Positions 22,538 through 33,800 of a DNA stretch of 64,000 nucleotides are shown here, one piece after another. The DNA lies in assembly GCA_013239625.1 (NCBI GenBank), contig MU053823.1, positions 565,565 to 629,564 of the forward strand, in the 5' to 3' direction. The stretch's first letter is position 1. Every line of letters begins with the position of its first letter. This DNA is from Lama guanicoe. Taxonomy: Eukaryota. A program made the translations under genes and the position numbers. The notes below the pieces were generated by a model that was not told the origin of the DNA, made no database searches, and saw only the letters and a program-made list of their open reading frames with translations.

Positions 22538-22983
22538 CTGTAAGAAAGGAAGAAAGCAAAGTTAGTATTCTTAGAATGACCTAGGCAGGAGCCAGCTTCC
22601 CAGAGAGGAGTACCGACTAATAATGAAAAGGTCCTTCTGTCCCGTGGTATAAAGGAGTTACTGTACCTAGAAGCCTCGGGCCTTTGAATCCTAGCAGTGT
22701 GACCACACATGCCACTCGGCACCAAGACATTTCATCATCTGGGAAATGGGACTAATTACCTCAAGGTTTCTTTAAGAATTAAATGAGATAATGTACTTTT
22801 CAAGCCATATGTTATATAGACACAAGGATTAAGGCAGTTCAGTGACCTCTGTCTGATAACCCACTCTTCTCAAAACCCTGGGCCTGGCGCTTCTCCCAAA
22901 TGCCGTCTGTATGATCTCCAACCTCAACTACCCACCCCTCTCCCCTTTCCCCACCCCCTCTTTCCTCCACAAAGAGCACTCAC

Positions 22984-23085
22984 CTTTAACAGCAAGGAAA
23001 TCGTCATGAGGACAGAACAGAAAGCCATTCCTCCAAGGCCTGTCAGATGTAGAGTCCTCCTCCCCGCCCTTTCCACCAGGAACAG
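22984..23085 (-). CDS. SLC2A3: SLC2A3 coding exon 8 (102 nt)
   Basis: ttgt[48 protein letters not shown]. Confidence 0.97.
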
Positions 23086-23445
23086 CTACAAGAAGAAGAA
23101 CAATAATAATAAACATGGAACATCTGCTTTCCCTTTCATGAAGACGCCGCAGGAGCTACCCGAATCCGCCGCGCACAGCAGGACACCTGCGGTAGTCACA
23201 TGTCGTCTTCTCCAGCTCCAAGTTAGAAGCGTCCCATGGACTCCCTCCCATGCCCACCTACTGCCTATTCGCTTGAAGCGAGTGAAGATTGCTTCACCCC
23301 TCATCTCCCCCGAAAGGAATCTGACAGCAACAAAAGGGGTTCACTAAATGACGACAGGGAGGTGGAAGGACCCACAACCCATCTTTGAACATATGGAGCA
23401 AAAATTCTCCTCCCCCCTCAAAAATGATCCAAACACATGACTTAC

Positions 23446-23550
23446 AGAAACCACAGTGAAGATCGTATTAACCACGCCAGCACCAATAGTGGCATAGACC
23501 GGCTCCTGGACACCTGCATCTTTGAAGATTCCCGTTGAGTAATAGAACAC
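23446..23550 (-). CDS. SLC2A3: SLC2A3 coding exon 7 (105 nt)
   Basis: act[49 protein letters not shown]. Confidence 0.98.
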
Positions 23551-25830
23551 CTAGTAGGGAACAAAAGATGCAACTATGAAATTCAAGTGTGCACAGCAGT
23601 TACACTGAGCCTGCAAAGAATCAATTCAGAAAAGTACCAGAAGTGAAGGAGTCCTTCCCAGAGTTTTGTTGTTGTTGTTCAATCACAATATCTTCTGCAA
23701 ATTATCTTCTGTATCTTAGGTCTATTATTCTCTTCTTAATTTCCCTCAATTCTAGCTGCTTATTTCCATTTTTCTCTTCTAATTATGCTTTTTCTTACTG
23801 CTCCATTCAGCCTCTTCCTTATTAAATTTTTAAAGGCATAAGTCCTTTTACATTTTTCTTTCTTTCTTTTTTTTACATTTTTCAATTACACCTTTTCAAT
23901 GGACTACTTCTCTAACTCCCTGACCCCAACAGTGATACTCACTGATGTCTCAGTTTGACAGTGAAGACACTGAGGGGTGTAATCAGCCTGCTCGTGTAAT
24001 TAGAAGCAGAACTTGGGCTGGAATTCCTAGCACTAGGTCTTTGCAAGTGTTTTAGGAGATAACACCAGCTATTATTTTAATTTAATATACACTATTACAT
24101 AAGCTGCTATTTAAAGTATATTTTTTTTATTATTTGCTCAACACTGTGCTACAGCGTGGGGCTGCTCCAACCCCTAGAGCTAAGGAGATGTCAGACCGTG
24201 GACTCAGACCAAGATAACAAGGGCGCAGGGTCTAGATCACTCAGTCCCTCAGGTCTAGTTTAAGAGTTTCTGATTTGACCCGGAGTATTTGCCCTCATAC
24301 CAGTAGTCATTAGGCTTCACTGAACATATGCTTCCGCATTGGGAAATCCCTACAACCTAAGATAGAAACTACGTAATTTTTCCAAAATAAGATCAAGGTT
24401 GTGCTTTTTGAACCTGAGATACTGACTAGTCCTCTAGGAGAGAAGCAGGGGTGAGCTAAGAAAAGCTGTTAGAAAACATTCCGAGAGTATTTAATGATAT
24501 AAAGCTTGTGAGGAAAGACATCTGAAGAGTTAAAACTAGGAATGAATAGTTATGCCAGTCCTCTTCCTTATTATATAACGGTGTGCACGTCCAAAACCTG
24601 ACACGTTCCTACAGATCCCAAGCAGACTCCTTACAGTGAAACCGCTCCGCTGCCTGGCACCGTCGAGCTGGGTTACGCTAACCCGCACAACGAGCTGCCT
24701 TAACAGCTGTTTACTTTGCAATGTAAGCAGGGTGAACACTATCCAGCCTCTTACCCCTCTGCCTTTAAGGGAAATTAAAAACAGAAAAAAATGATTTTCA
24801 CACATGATTTTCACACACAGTTTGACATCTGCCTTACAGAATGCTCATCTATCACTGGTAATCTTCCCAGAGTGGTCTGTCTTTTTCTGATCTTATTTTG
24901 CAGGCCTTGGACTGCGGGGGAGGCCAGAAGGCACCTGCGGGGCAGAACTGAAGAGGGCGGTTGTCACTCTCAGGACACGCACCTGCGCTGGAGGCCTCAA
25001 TAGTCCCAGCCTTGCTGCTCGGGAAAGTCTCGAGAGTATTTTTGATTACAGTGGTTTTTCAAAGGAGGAACTCTGAGATTGAGATCCATCAAAAGCAGCT
25101 TTTTCAAACTATCCTTCCTCCCAGGTTCTGCTATAACCGCCTCTAAGCCCTCAGGAGAAGCACAGCCATTTCAAACACAGTATCCTCGTGGCAAGTTAGG
25201 CAGAAAAGGCCAAGAACCAACTTACTCTGAGTATCATGTTTTGCAAAATGCTTTGTCACACGATTTGACCACGCTGATCACGTTTTGATGGGAAACCTCA
25301 GGGCATGAATCAGAGGTGGGACAAGAATATTTGGATTCCTCCTATCCAAATGTTTTATTTTCAGGTGGATAGAAGGTATAGGAATACCCTCTCTGACCAC
25401 AACCAAGACTCAAAAGCAGGAAGCTGATTTTTGCGTAGACTACGATGGCCACCTGCCAAATGCTAGCTTCCGTTTTGCCCCACACTCTAAACTGTCATAG
25501 TCACTAGTCTACGTTGCACAAAATATATAAGGTAAAGCCAGCTCAGCCTGAAGTTGCCAGTGTGCTCACAGACCTCGTAATTGCTCCCCAGGGCTTTACA
25601 CTGATTTTTAGATAGTAAAGTTCTGGAAAAAGAACCGAGGTGAATTAATTCTCAGATCCACTTTGGTTGTATGGCCTGTGTTATCATTGATGACATCATA
25701 TAAGCTAGATCAGACTTAAAGAAAAGTGGAAATTTTAAAATTGAGTGGTCAATCAACAGTGGTGGGGTTGAATGCCCAGCGAGTTAAGAACCACAAAGAA
25801 AAATGATTTAATAAAGGATTATTTGACCAC

Positions 25831-25866
<36 letters not shown>

Positions 25867-26190
25867 TAAAAATTAGATACACTGCAGTACTCTAAATATT
25901 GAAAAAATGTCCGGAAGAGGACAAATGTTAACTGAGTTCCAAGACTAAGGCTGACAAAATTTTCACCTCTTTTCATCTTTTCACATGGAAAACATGTACT
26001 ATAGATATCATTTTAAGACATAAAAAACTAAACCAAATCAAAACCTGGATAGTCAACATTTTCTGAGCGGCTGCTATGTGGTAAGCATTGGGAGAGACCC
26101 TGTACATGTGAGAAGGTGACCAGTAACCAAGGCTGTTCGACCCCGGTCAGGCGTTTAAAGTCACGGATCTGAGGACAGGTGGACACTCAC

Positions 26191-26378
26191 GGCGTTGATC
26201 CCGGAGAGCTGCTGAGAGAGCTGCAGCATGACGGAGATGATGATGGGCTGGCGGTAGCTGGGCGCTCTGAAGAGCTCCAGCACGGTGACTTGCTTTTCTT
26301 GTGCCATCCGAACACTCTCGTCTTTCATCTCCTGGATGTCCTGAGCCACATCCTGGGTGCCCCACAATCGCTGGAGGA
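26191..26378 (-). CDS. SLC2A3: SLC2A3 coding exon 6 (188 nt)
   Basis: ccacc[34 protein letters not shown]...[11 protein letters not shown]. Confidence 0.98.
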
Positions 26379-26673
26379 CTGGTGGAAGGAACCAAGAGGA
26401 AAGGTTCAAGATAAGCTGCTGTCCCCAGAGCCTTCCCCCGTAAGACAGCTGGCAGGAAGCCAGGCGAGATGAGCGCTGAGCCCCGGAAGCGGCCGATCAG
26501 TCAGCATCTGGGCCTTAACTTGCCTTCTCATCTTATTCTTTAGGGGCTGAAAGCTTCTGAGTCAATTAACAACAAGTTCATACTGTATAGCACAGGGAAC
26601 TATATTCAGTATCTTATCTTAAAACAAACTGCAAGCCTAAAATTCCTATAGTGAAGGTGTGAAGGATACTCAC

Positions 26674-26836
26674 TCTCCTTAGCATTCTCCTCTTCTTTTC
26701 TGTTAATGAGCAAGAATCTCGGACTTTCGGGGCAAAATGGCAGGGCAGCACATTGCAGGACAGCTGGAATAATGGTGAAGCCCAAGAGCAGCGGCCAGAG
26801 CTCTTCTGTCCCCATGATGACTTTCAGACCAAAGAT
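26674..26836 (-). CDS. SLC2A3: SLC2A3 coding exon 5 (163 nt)
   Basis: ctct[36 protein letters not shown]...[20 protein letters not shown]. Confidence 0.98.
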
Positions 26837-27118
26837 CTAGAGCCAAAGAAGATACTTTAAATTCCATACTGTATAGGCCACAAGTGGATTTTAAAAAATG
26901 AAAGTGTTTAGAAAATCATCTACTCTTTAAATCACAGGAAAAGACTTTGTTTCTTCTACTTTCTCTTTTTCTCTGCCCTGCTTTCTTAACCGTCTATGAG
27001 ATATAGTAATATTAGTATCTGAAACATATAAAGTTGAATTATGCGCCATATTCTGGATTGCTTTATCTATGTAAATTCATTTAATGAGCCATGAAACTAA
27101 CAGTAAGTTCTGGAGTAC

Positions 27119-27359
27119 CTGGGCCACCAGAATCCCGATAACAATGCCCAGCTGGTTGAGGGTGCCGAAGGCCCCCCGCAGGGCAGTAGGAGATATCTCC
27201 CCAATGTACATGGGGACAAATCCTGTGCAGAGTCCACAGAAGATGCCAATAATCAGTCGGCCCAGGATCAGCATTTCAACCGACTCCGCTATTTTGCAGA
27301 AGCCCATCAGGCAGCCACCAGCAATGGCCAACAGGTTGACAATTAGCATTGAATTGCGC
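27119..27359 (-). CDS. SLC2A3: SLC2A3 coding exon 4 (241 nt)
   Basis: tttc[26 protein letters not shown]...[48 protein letters not shown]. Confidence 0.98.
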
Positions 27360-27624
27360 CTGAAAGATTAAACAAAGACAAGTGAAGTTAGCTTAAGAGA
27401 CCCGATCTCTCCCCTTCTTTCCTTATCATTCTACCCTTCTGCAAGCTGATACATCTTTTGGTCTAACTTTTCCACTTTCTCTTATCAGAACATTTCTGGC
27501 TGAGATAACCAGGACCAATGGATCTTATACCTCTGTACATATAAGGCTCACCTAGAGAACATGTTTAAGATTCTCCTCGCTAAGTCCTAGCTGTAGCTTA
27601 GAATTTTAGCAAGCACTTTAAGGC

Positions 27625-28145
27625 CAATTATTCTCAAAGTGGTCCACAAACAGCATCAGCTAGAAATTTGCTAGAAATTAAAACTGTCCCACCTCATCCC
27701 AGATTTGCTAAATCATTAGGCCTGAGTCTGGGGTGGAGCCCAGCAATCCATGTTTTAAAAAGGCCTCCAAGTGACTGGATGCAAACTGAAGTTTGGAACA
27801 CTGCCTGAGGCAATTCTGGTAGAGTCAGTCCAGAGAAACACTCAAGAGAAATTTTTGGACCAGGGCTGATCTTTTTATGCTACTTACTGCATTTTATTAT
27901 AATGTAGTTGCTTAGAAACTTAGAAACTCCTGCAGATGTTGGAGATCAGCATCGTGGTACTTGACTCTGACTCTGACTCTGGTGGCCCAGTGGAATTACC
28001 TGAGGAAATCTGAAAAATACTGATACATGGACCCTATCCCCAGAGAGGCTGATGTAATTGGCTTGGGGTGTAGTCCAGCACTGGGACTTTTAAAAGCTCC
28101 CCTAGGAGATCCTAAATGTGCAGTGGGGGTGGAGAACCACTGTTA
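27625..28145. mobile_element. Two MER5-like hAT-Charlie fragments in SLC2A3 intron 3
   Basis: ttctcaaagtggtcc..cagcatcagct..tgctagaaat..ggtggagcccagcaat and ggggtggagaaccactg termini. Confidence 0.6.
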
Positions 28146-28398
28146 AGAGAATAATTCTCCTTCTTATTGTCACCTTTACTTTTCTCTCCATCCTCTTCCC
28201 CCCTCCTCATTAGGTTCTTTTGCTAATAAAATAACAATAGGAAGAAAACCATGTTAGTTATGGGAGGTCCATGTTAACCGTTTTGTGACTATATCTGCCC
28301 ACAGACCAAGGATTATAAAATACTTCCTCCCAATCCTGCAATATTAAATTATGAAAACATTTGCATAAAATCCCCCAAATCTTAATTTAATATTTTTT

Positions 28399-28417
28399 GG
28401 GGGGAGGTAATTAGGCG

Positions 28418-28448
<31 letters not shown>

Positions 28449-28511
28449 TGGAGGTACTAGGGATTGAACCCAGGACCTTGCGCATGCTAAGCATGCGCTC
28501 TACCTCCCTCC
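28399..28511 (-). mobile_element. tRNA-derived SINE, Vic-1-like
   Basis: ggggaggtaattagg..(ttta)n..gggattgaacccaggaccttgcgcatgctaagcatgcgc. Confidence 0.85.
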
Positions 28512-28832
28512 ACCAAATTTTAACTAAAGCAAATGTCTGACCTTGTAAATAAAGTATGTTTCTAGGAAACTCTAAGTGGACTTTACCAGAGAATAACTGA
28601 ATTAGCTTAAGCTGGACTATAGTCTCCAGTCACTCCCAGGCCCATCTCCTGATGGGCAGGAGAGCTCCAAGCAAGAGCAGTCATATTCAGTGCCAGCTGG
28701 ACTAGTTTTTCCTTGATCAGAATTTGAGGTGTTCTCATGCAAATGCATCATCATCCCCTTGTTCTAAGTCTCAATACCGGTTCTCAGTGCAACCAGTGTA
28801 GCCCCCTTCCTTGCCCAGTTTGTGGTTAATAC

Positions 28833-28993
28833 CTGCCAAATCGGTTGACAAAGAGTCCAACAGAAAAGGAGCCAATCATACCACCGACGGAGAAGATGGC
28901 CACAGACAAGGACCACAGAGACGTGAGTAACTCCTTAGAGGGAAGCTTGTCTAACCTATCTTCCAAAGTATAATTGAGAAAGTCCTTTATGAT
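28833..28993 (-). CDS. SLC2A3: SLC2A3 coding exon 3 (161 nt), with exofacial N-glycosylation sequon NYT
   Basis: ttgc[25 protein letters not shown]...[29 protein letters not shown]. Confidence 0.98.
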
Positions 28994-29422
28994 CTGCAAA
29001 TTAAAACGGTTGGTGGGAGGACAGGGGTAAATACATGGCAATGGAAGACAGATACCACATACGAGTTAATGTTACCAGCTCTGAAAAGAACAAGTTTTCA
29101 TTTGTCCTGAAAATTCCTGTAGGTCGTAGTACTGGAGTGCTGACGTTCGGTGACTACCCCAGCTCCCCCCAGATAGCCCCTCAGGGCTAATAACGGAAGT
29201 GTGTCCCCAGGGGGTGAGAGGAAGAATGGGTACCGTCCAGGGAACAGAGAGCATCTGGGCCTTTTGCTTGATCAGTGATTCAATTAGCCACCCACCCCTG
29301 CCAGTTATTCCCCCTCTAAGTCTTGGCCAGGCCAGCTACCAAGTTTGTCTAAAATTGTTAATTCTGAAAACACTGCCAAAGGAATACTTTCCCTATTCCA
29401 ACTCTAATTGCCTGGTACTCAC

Positions 29423-29515
29423 CACCTCAGGAGCATTGATGACTCCGGTGTTGTAACCAAACTGGAAAGAGCCGATTGTAGCAACAGTGATGGCAAAGAT
29501 CAGAGGTGCGGTGAC
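29423..29515 (-). CDS. SLC2A3: SLC2A3 coding exon 2 (93 nt)
   Basis: cccc[45 protein letters not shown]. Confidence 0.98.
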
Positions 29516-29907
29516 CTGGGGGGAGGGGAGAAAGAAGAAACAGTCCTTAAAACCCTTGAGTGATGATTGTCTCTTATTAAGGAGATATATATATATATAT
29601 TACGAGAACTTGGCCTGTTAGTGGTATGAAAACAACAAAACTTAATGAGATGTAGGTAATGAATACAGGACACAGAAGAATTATATACAGGTTACACTAA
29701 AGAGCTTCTCTCGAGATAAACAGGTGAGCATGGAGAGTAAATTTGGAAAGTGGCAAGAAGATGTGGGCAGGCAGAAGCTAAGAGGAACTGGGTTAGTCGG
29801 TCTGGAAACATTCAAAAAACTGCCCCAGGTAAAAGCAAACACAGAACTGACCACTGGCCTCAGGAATAGAAAAGATTGTGAGGGAAAATTAAAAAGCCTA
29901 GTGTTCC

Positions 29908-30030
29908 GGGGGAGGGTGTAGCTCAGCGGTACAGCGCATGCTTAGCATGCAAGAAGTCCTGCGTTCAATTCCCAGCACCTCTATAAAAAAACAAATAAAC
30001 CTAATTACCTCCCCCCGGGGGGGGGGCAGT
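29908..30030 (+). mobile_element. tRNA-derived SINE, Vic-1-like, full length
   Basis: GGGGGAGGGTGTAGCTCAGCGGTACAGCGCATGCTTAGCATGC..AAATAAACCTAATTACCTCCCC; TSD aaagcctag on both sides. Confidence 0.88.
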
Positions 30031-30248
30031 GAACAAAGCCTAGGGTTTCTAAGAACAGATTCTTTCGGAAACAGCTGGATCCAGTGCAGGCTCCCCTGTA
30101 CCCCAGACCCCACGGAAGGCCAGAATGGTGGTGGTGGTGGTTCTTCATCACTGGGCTGCTTTTAACTCTCTGGATCGTGTAATCTACAGTTTCTACCCAC
30201 TGTATCCTTGGCCCCATTTGAAATTGTTCCCGTGTACTTAATACTGTA

Positions 30249-30280
30249 CTGCTATCCCCCACCCACCCAGCAGGGGGCGA
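30249..30280 (+). promoter_or_regulatory. CTCF motif (core plus upstream module) in SLC2A3 intron 1
   Basis: Core CCAGCAGGGGGCGA at 30267-30280; CTGCTATCCC 8 nt upstream. Confidence 0.7.
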
Positions 30281-31297
30281 ACACAATCTCTCACTCCCAA
30301 CCCAGCACTTAGGAGACATTTGGTGGGGGGGGGGGAGCAGAAGTCAACCCAGTTATCACTCACCTTGCAGGGAATAATTCTCATTATCTTAATTTCCACT
30401 TCAAGGTAGCTCAATTTTTATGCCTGAGGCCCAACCCTTCCTCATCCTCAACTCTCCTCTCAGGTCAGACAATGGCAGGCGAGAAGTTTCAGTTGCCCAA
30501 ATTTTGACCTTGCCTCCCATCAACTAGGCTTAAGGACCCTTGAGGTCTCCACCAGGACACAGCTTTGTTTAATCCTCTCCTTTGAGTAAAAACCTCTTCT
30601 TTTCACTCATCATTTGCCACCCTTGTGGGCCTTCTCATTTTTTCTTCCCTTCTCTTATCTTCCTTTATTTTCAGGTAAGTTTACCTTAGGGATAATGCCT
30701 TCCTCCCTACAAATACTGCATCCTTAGACACAAAAATACATTCATACATCATGCACGCACAATTACAACCAATAGGAAGGATGGCTGGAACTCTCTCTCC
30801 CTCCTTAGAATCCAGACTCCCATAGGTCACGGGACAGATGGCGGGACACCTACCCAGGACCCCAGACAAATCCCAGGTCCTTTCAAGGTCTAACACTTGC
30901 AGAGAAATCCCGACGTCGGCTCTCAGACCCACAGTCATCATCAACCCAAAAGCAGCCCCCAACCCCCCATCTATCTCATCCCCACATATTCAGTGGCATG
31001 TAGTTACGTAAAAAAACCAAACCCCCCCCCAAAAAAAACCACGAAAAACAAACACAACTTCTCCAGGTGACTTTCCCTGCAACGGAAGGTGAATAGAACT
31101 GGGATTAATCCTTGACAGGATATGACATTCAGGGAGAACTGGTGAAACTGTGGCACCGCAGCCTGGAGAGGAAATGGAAAGGCTCTAAGATGGCTAAGTG
31201 ACTCCGCACGAAAAAGAACGCAGCAGTCACCACTAAGGTTTGCCTTTCTCAGCGTATCCCAAACAAGCAAAGATAACCAGCAGCCTGACGTTCTTAC

Positions 31298-31312
31298 CTT
31301 CGCTGTCCCCAT
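31298..31312 (-). CDS. SLC2A3: SLC2A3 coding exon 1 (MGTAK)
   Basis: Kozak gccATGG; ATG GGG ACA GCG AAG|GTAAGA; phase 0 joins exon 2. Confidence 0.96.
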
Positions 31313-31459
31313 GGCCCTAATTCAATTCTTTTCGAATCCTCAGTAAGATCTGGGAGTTGGATTCCAGAGACACCTCTCCCAGCCAACAAATCCTTCACCA
31401 CGTCCTTCCCGGCAGCAAGTTCTCCTCGAGATGCTCGCAGGACCGCTCTAACAGCTCAT

Positions 31460-31680
31460 CCTCACAAGCCGGCAATGAGTGGGCACTTATTTAAAAGCTC
31501 TGCAAAGGGCGGAGCCTGGGCGACAAGCCCCCTGCCCCACCCCACGCCCGCCCCCAAGTAATCTCCGGACCTCCCGGAATTTTGTGACCTCAAACTCTCC
31601 CCCCACCCTAGGCAACAACCCTCCGCCCATCTTTCTAAAACCACATCCTCCACCCTCCCTCCACTCCGTTTTTTTAAGCT
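31460..31680 (-). promoter_or_regulatory. SLC2A3: SLC2A3 core promoter: TATA-like TTTTAAATAA (31496-31487) and Sp/KLF GC/GT boxes
   Basis: AT-rich box ~180 nt upstream of the ATG, with GGGCGG (31507-31512) and CCCACGCCCGCCCC further upstream. Confidence 0.75.
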
Positions 31681-33227
31681 CGTCCTCCTTCCCTCTTCTG
31701 AGAGCCTCTTAGTTTCACAGACAAAGTGCTACCAGAAAAGCCTGGAGGGAGGGCAGATACACTTTATTTTTGGCTCTCGCAACTGTTCGGAATTGAATCA
31801 ATCTGTAAAAAGATGAGAATAAATGCTATCTATATTAGGCAAAGTCGACTGGGTGCTACTGTGAGAGTTAAGGCTGTCGGACGGAGTGTAAACAGAAAAA
31901 ATTCATAATCCTATGCATTTATCAGGGGCTCTTTGACTGTAGGCTGTGCCTATGATGTTGAAGCGGTGGGGAAGGATAGTTTGAGAGAAGGAAAGCAAAA
32001 GGGAATAATTGGACCAGTTTGGGGCTGTACTTGTCCACTGATCGCGCAATTACTGCTGGGAGGAAGAAAACCCGAATATTTAGGAGCCAGAACAACTCCC
32101 CGAGGCTGCAGGAAAGAGACAATCACCTGCCTGTGGGACACAATCCAGACTCCGTATTATGGCCTTCCCCACACCGCCCACCCCTCCTGAATTCTGCCCA
32201 TTCTGCAGTTTGCCTCCAGTCTCAGGTTTACAGCATCCAGGGTAGGACAGTTATCAGATTCCACGAAACAGGTGTCTGCGAAGCATATACTCCCTATCAG
32301 GCACCCTTTGAAAAGTTGGGGATCCATCCATCAGGGTATAGGACAAAAAAGTCCTGGCCCGCAAGGAATTCGTGGTGCTTTCCATCCTCCACTTCAAAAA
32401 TAAAAAAGGGACGAGGCCAAATGAGTTTTACACAACTGGAGAGGATTATCAATATCCGATGACTACTTCTGGGCTGTGCATTTCTTGAAAGAAAAGTGTG
32501 AGATAAATATCTGATAACTAAGCCATGCAAGAAAACTGAGCAAGATGAGTGGGAAAAACGGATAAGAAAAATGTGAACAGAGGGCGATGAAGGATACTGA
32601 AAGGGGAGAGCAGTGGCTCCAGTGTGAGAGTAAAGGAAGGAAGACAATTCCGTTGGAGTTTAAAGAGTTGGGTGAGAGCTAAGAGTACCGCCTTGCTGGA
32701 GGAGAAATATCGGTGGCCAGGTTCCTAACGCCTATTGATCCGTAGCCTAGCAACGCCTCCGGCAGGACCAGCGAGGCGGGTAGGGTGCAAGGAGCCCGGC
32801 AAAGAGAGAGAATTTTGCTGAGGGTTAACTGGACAAGTGTATCTTTCTTCGAGGTTTTGATTGAGGGCCTAGAATTCAAACAGATACTACTGGACTTGGA
32901 ACAAACCACGTTATATTGTCTCCGTTCCTTAAAAGAGGATTTTTAAAGATTGAAGTATAATTAACTCACATTATATTACTTTTAGGTATACAACATAGTG
33001 ATTCAGTTTTTTTATACATTACAAATATACACTGCTAAATGGGGATATTTTCTGAACCTCATGGTTAGCTGAGAGAACTGGGGATGAGTGAAACGTGACT
33101 TCCGTGAGGCCACCCCTCTCCTCCCCCACTCCATCCCGGTTTTCCAGGAAATACCCAGCCTAGGGGCCCCTTTAGTTACCACAGCAACGGGATTTAGCAG
33201 CCAAGGGACAAAGAATATCCTGTATGG

Positions 33228-33800
33228 CAGCGCTGTCCAACAGAAATTCAATTTGCGCCATTTATGGAATATTAAATTTTCTAAGTAGCTTCATCAAAAC
33301 TTTTAAAAGAAAAAATTTTTAAGGAACAAGAGAAATTAATTTGAATAATTATTTGACCTGATATATGCAAAAGAATATCAGCTGAGCATATACATCAATA
33401 TAAAAATATTAAGATAGTTTACTTTTTTTCTACTAAGTCTTCAAAATTCAGTGTATGTCTTACATTTACGGCACATCTCCATTTTAGACTCTAAGTTTTC
33501 CACAGCTACAGAAATACTTCGTTCTAATTAAGACAACAAAGTTGTGTTTAATAGGAAACTATTTTAAACTGCTTCCATTTTAATAAAAATTAAACTGTAT
33601 TCAGTATCTTGTAATAACCTAGAATGGGAAAGAATTTGAAAAAAGACAGGTATATGTATAACTGAATCACTTTGCTGTGCACCTGAAACATTATAAATGA
33701 ACTATACTTCAATTAATTTTTTAAAGTTAAAAACGTAATTAAAATTAGCAATTCAGTTCCCCAGCCGCACTCACCAGTCACAGGAGGCTCAAGGCTGGAC
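33228..33800 (+). mobile_element. MER33/Charlie5-like hAT element with inserted L1 3' fragment (~33595-33720)
   Basis: Terminus cagcgctgtccaacagaa; tactaagtcttcaaaattcagtgtatg..cacatctc body. Confidence 0.7.

Noticed and set aside
23035..23050. Thr in LHLTGLGG where GLUTs usually have Ile
   Set aside because: Single substitution of unknown consequence; it cannot be distinguished from neutral variation here
28359..28744. Two perfect octamers in SLC2A3 intron 3 (another at 35111)
   Set aside because: A few 8-mer matches are expected by chance in 64 kb of AT-rich DNA, and none has a correctly spaced SOX partner
29908..29985. tRNA-like sequences here and at about ten other sites
   Set aside because: They are SINE heads with A-rich tails and TSDs, not tRNA genes
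21579..31312. Assignment as SLC2A14 or SLC2A1
   Set aside because: The MGTAK first exon, 494-aa length and MEMNSIQP C-terminus fit GLUT3; SLC2A14 is a primate duplicate
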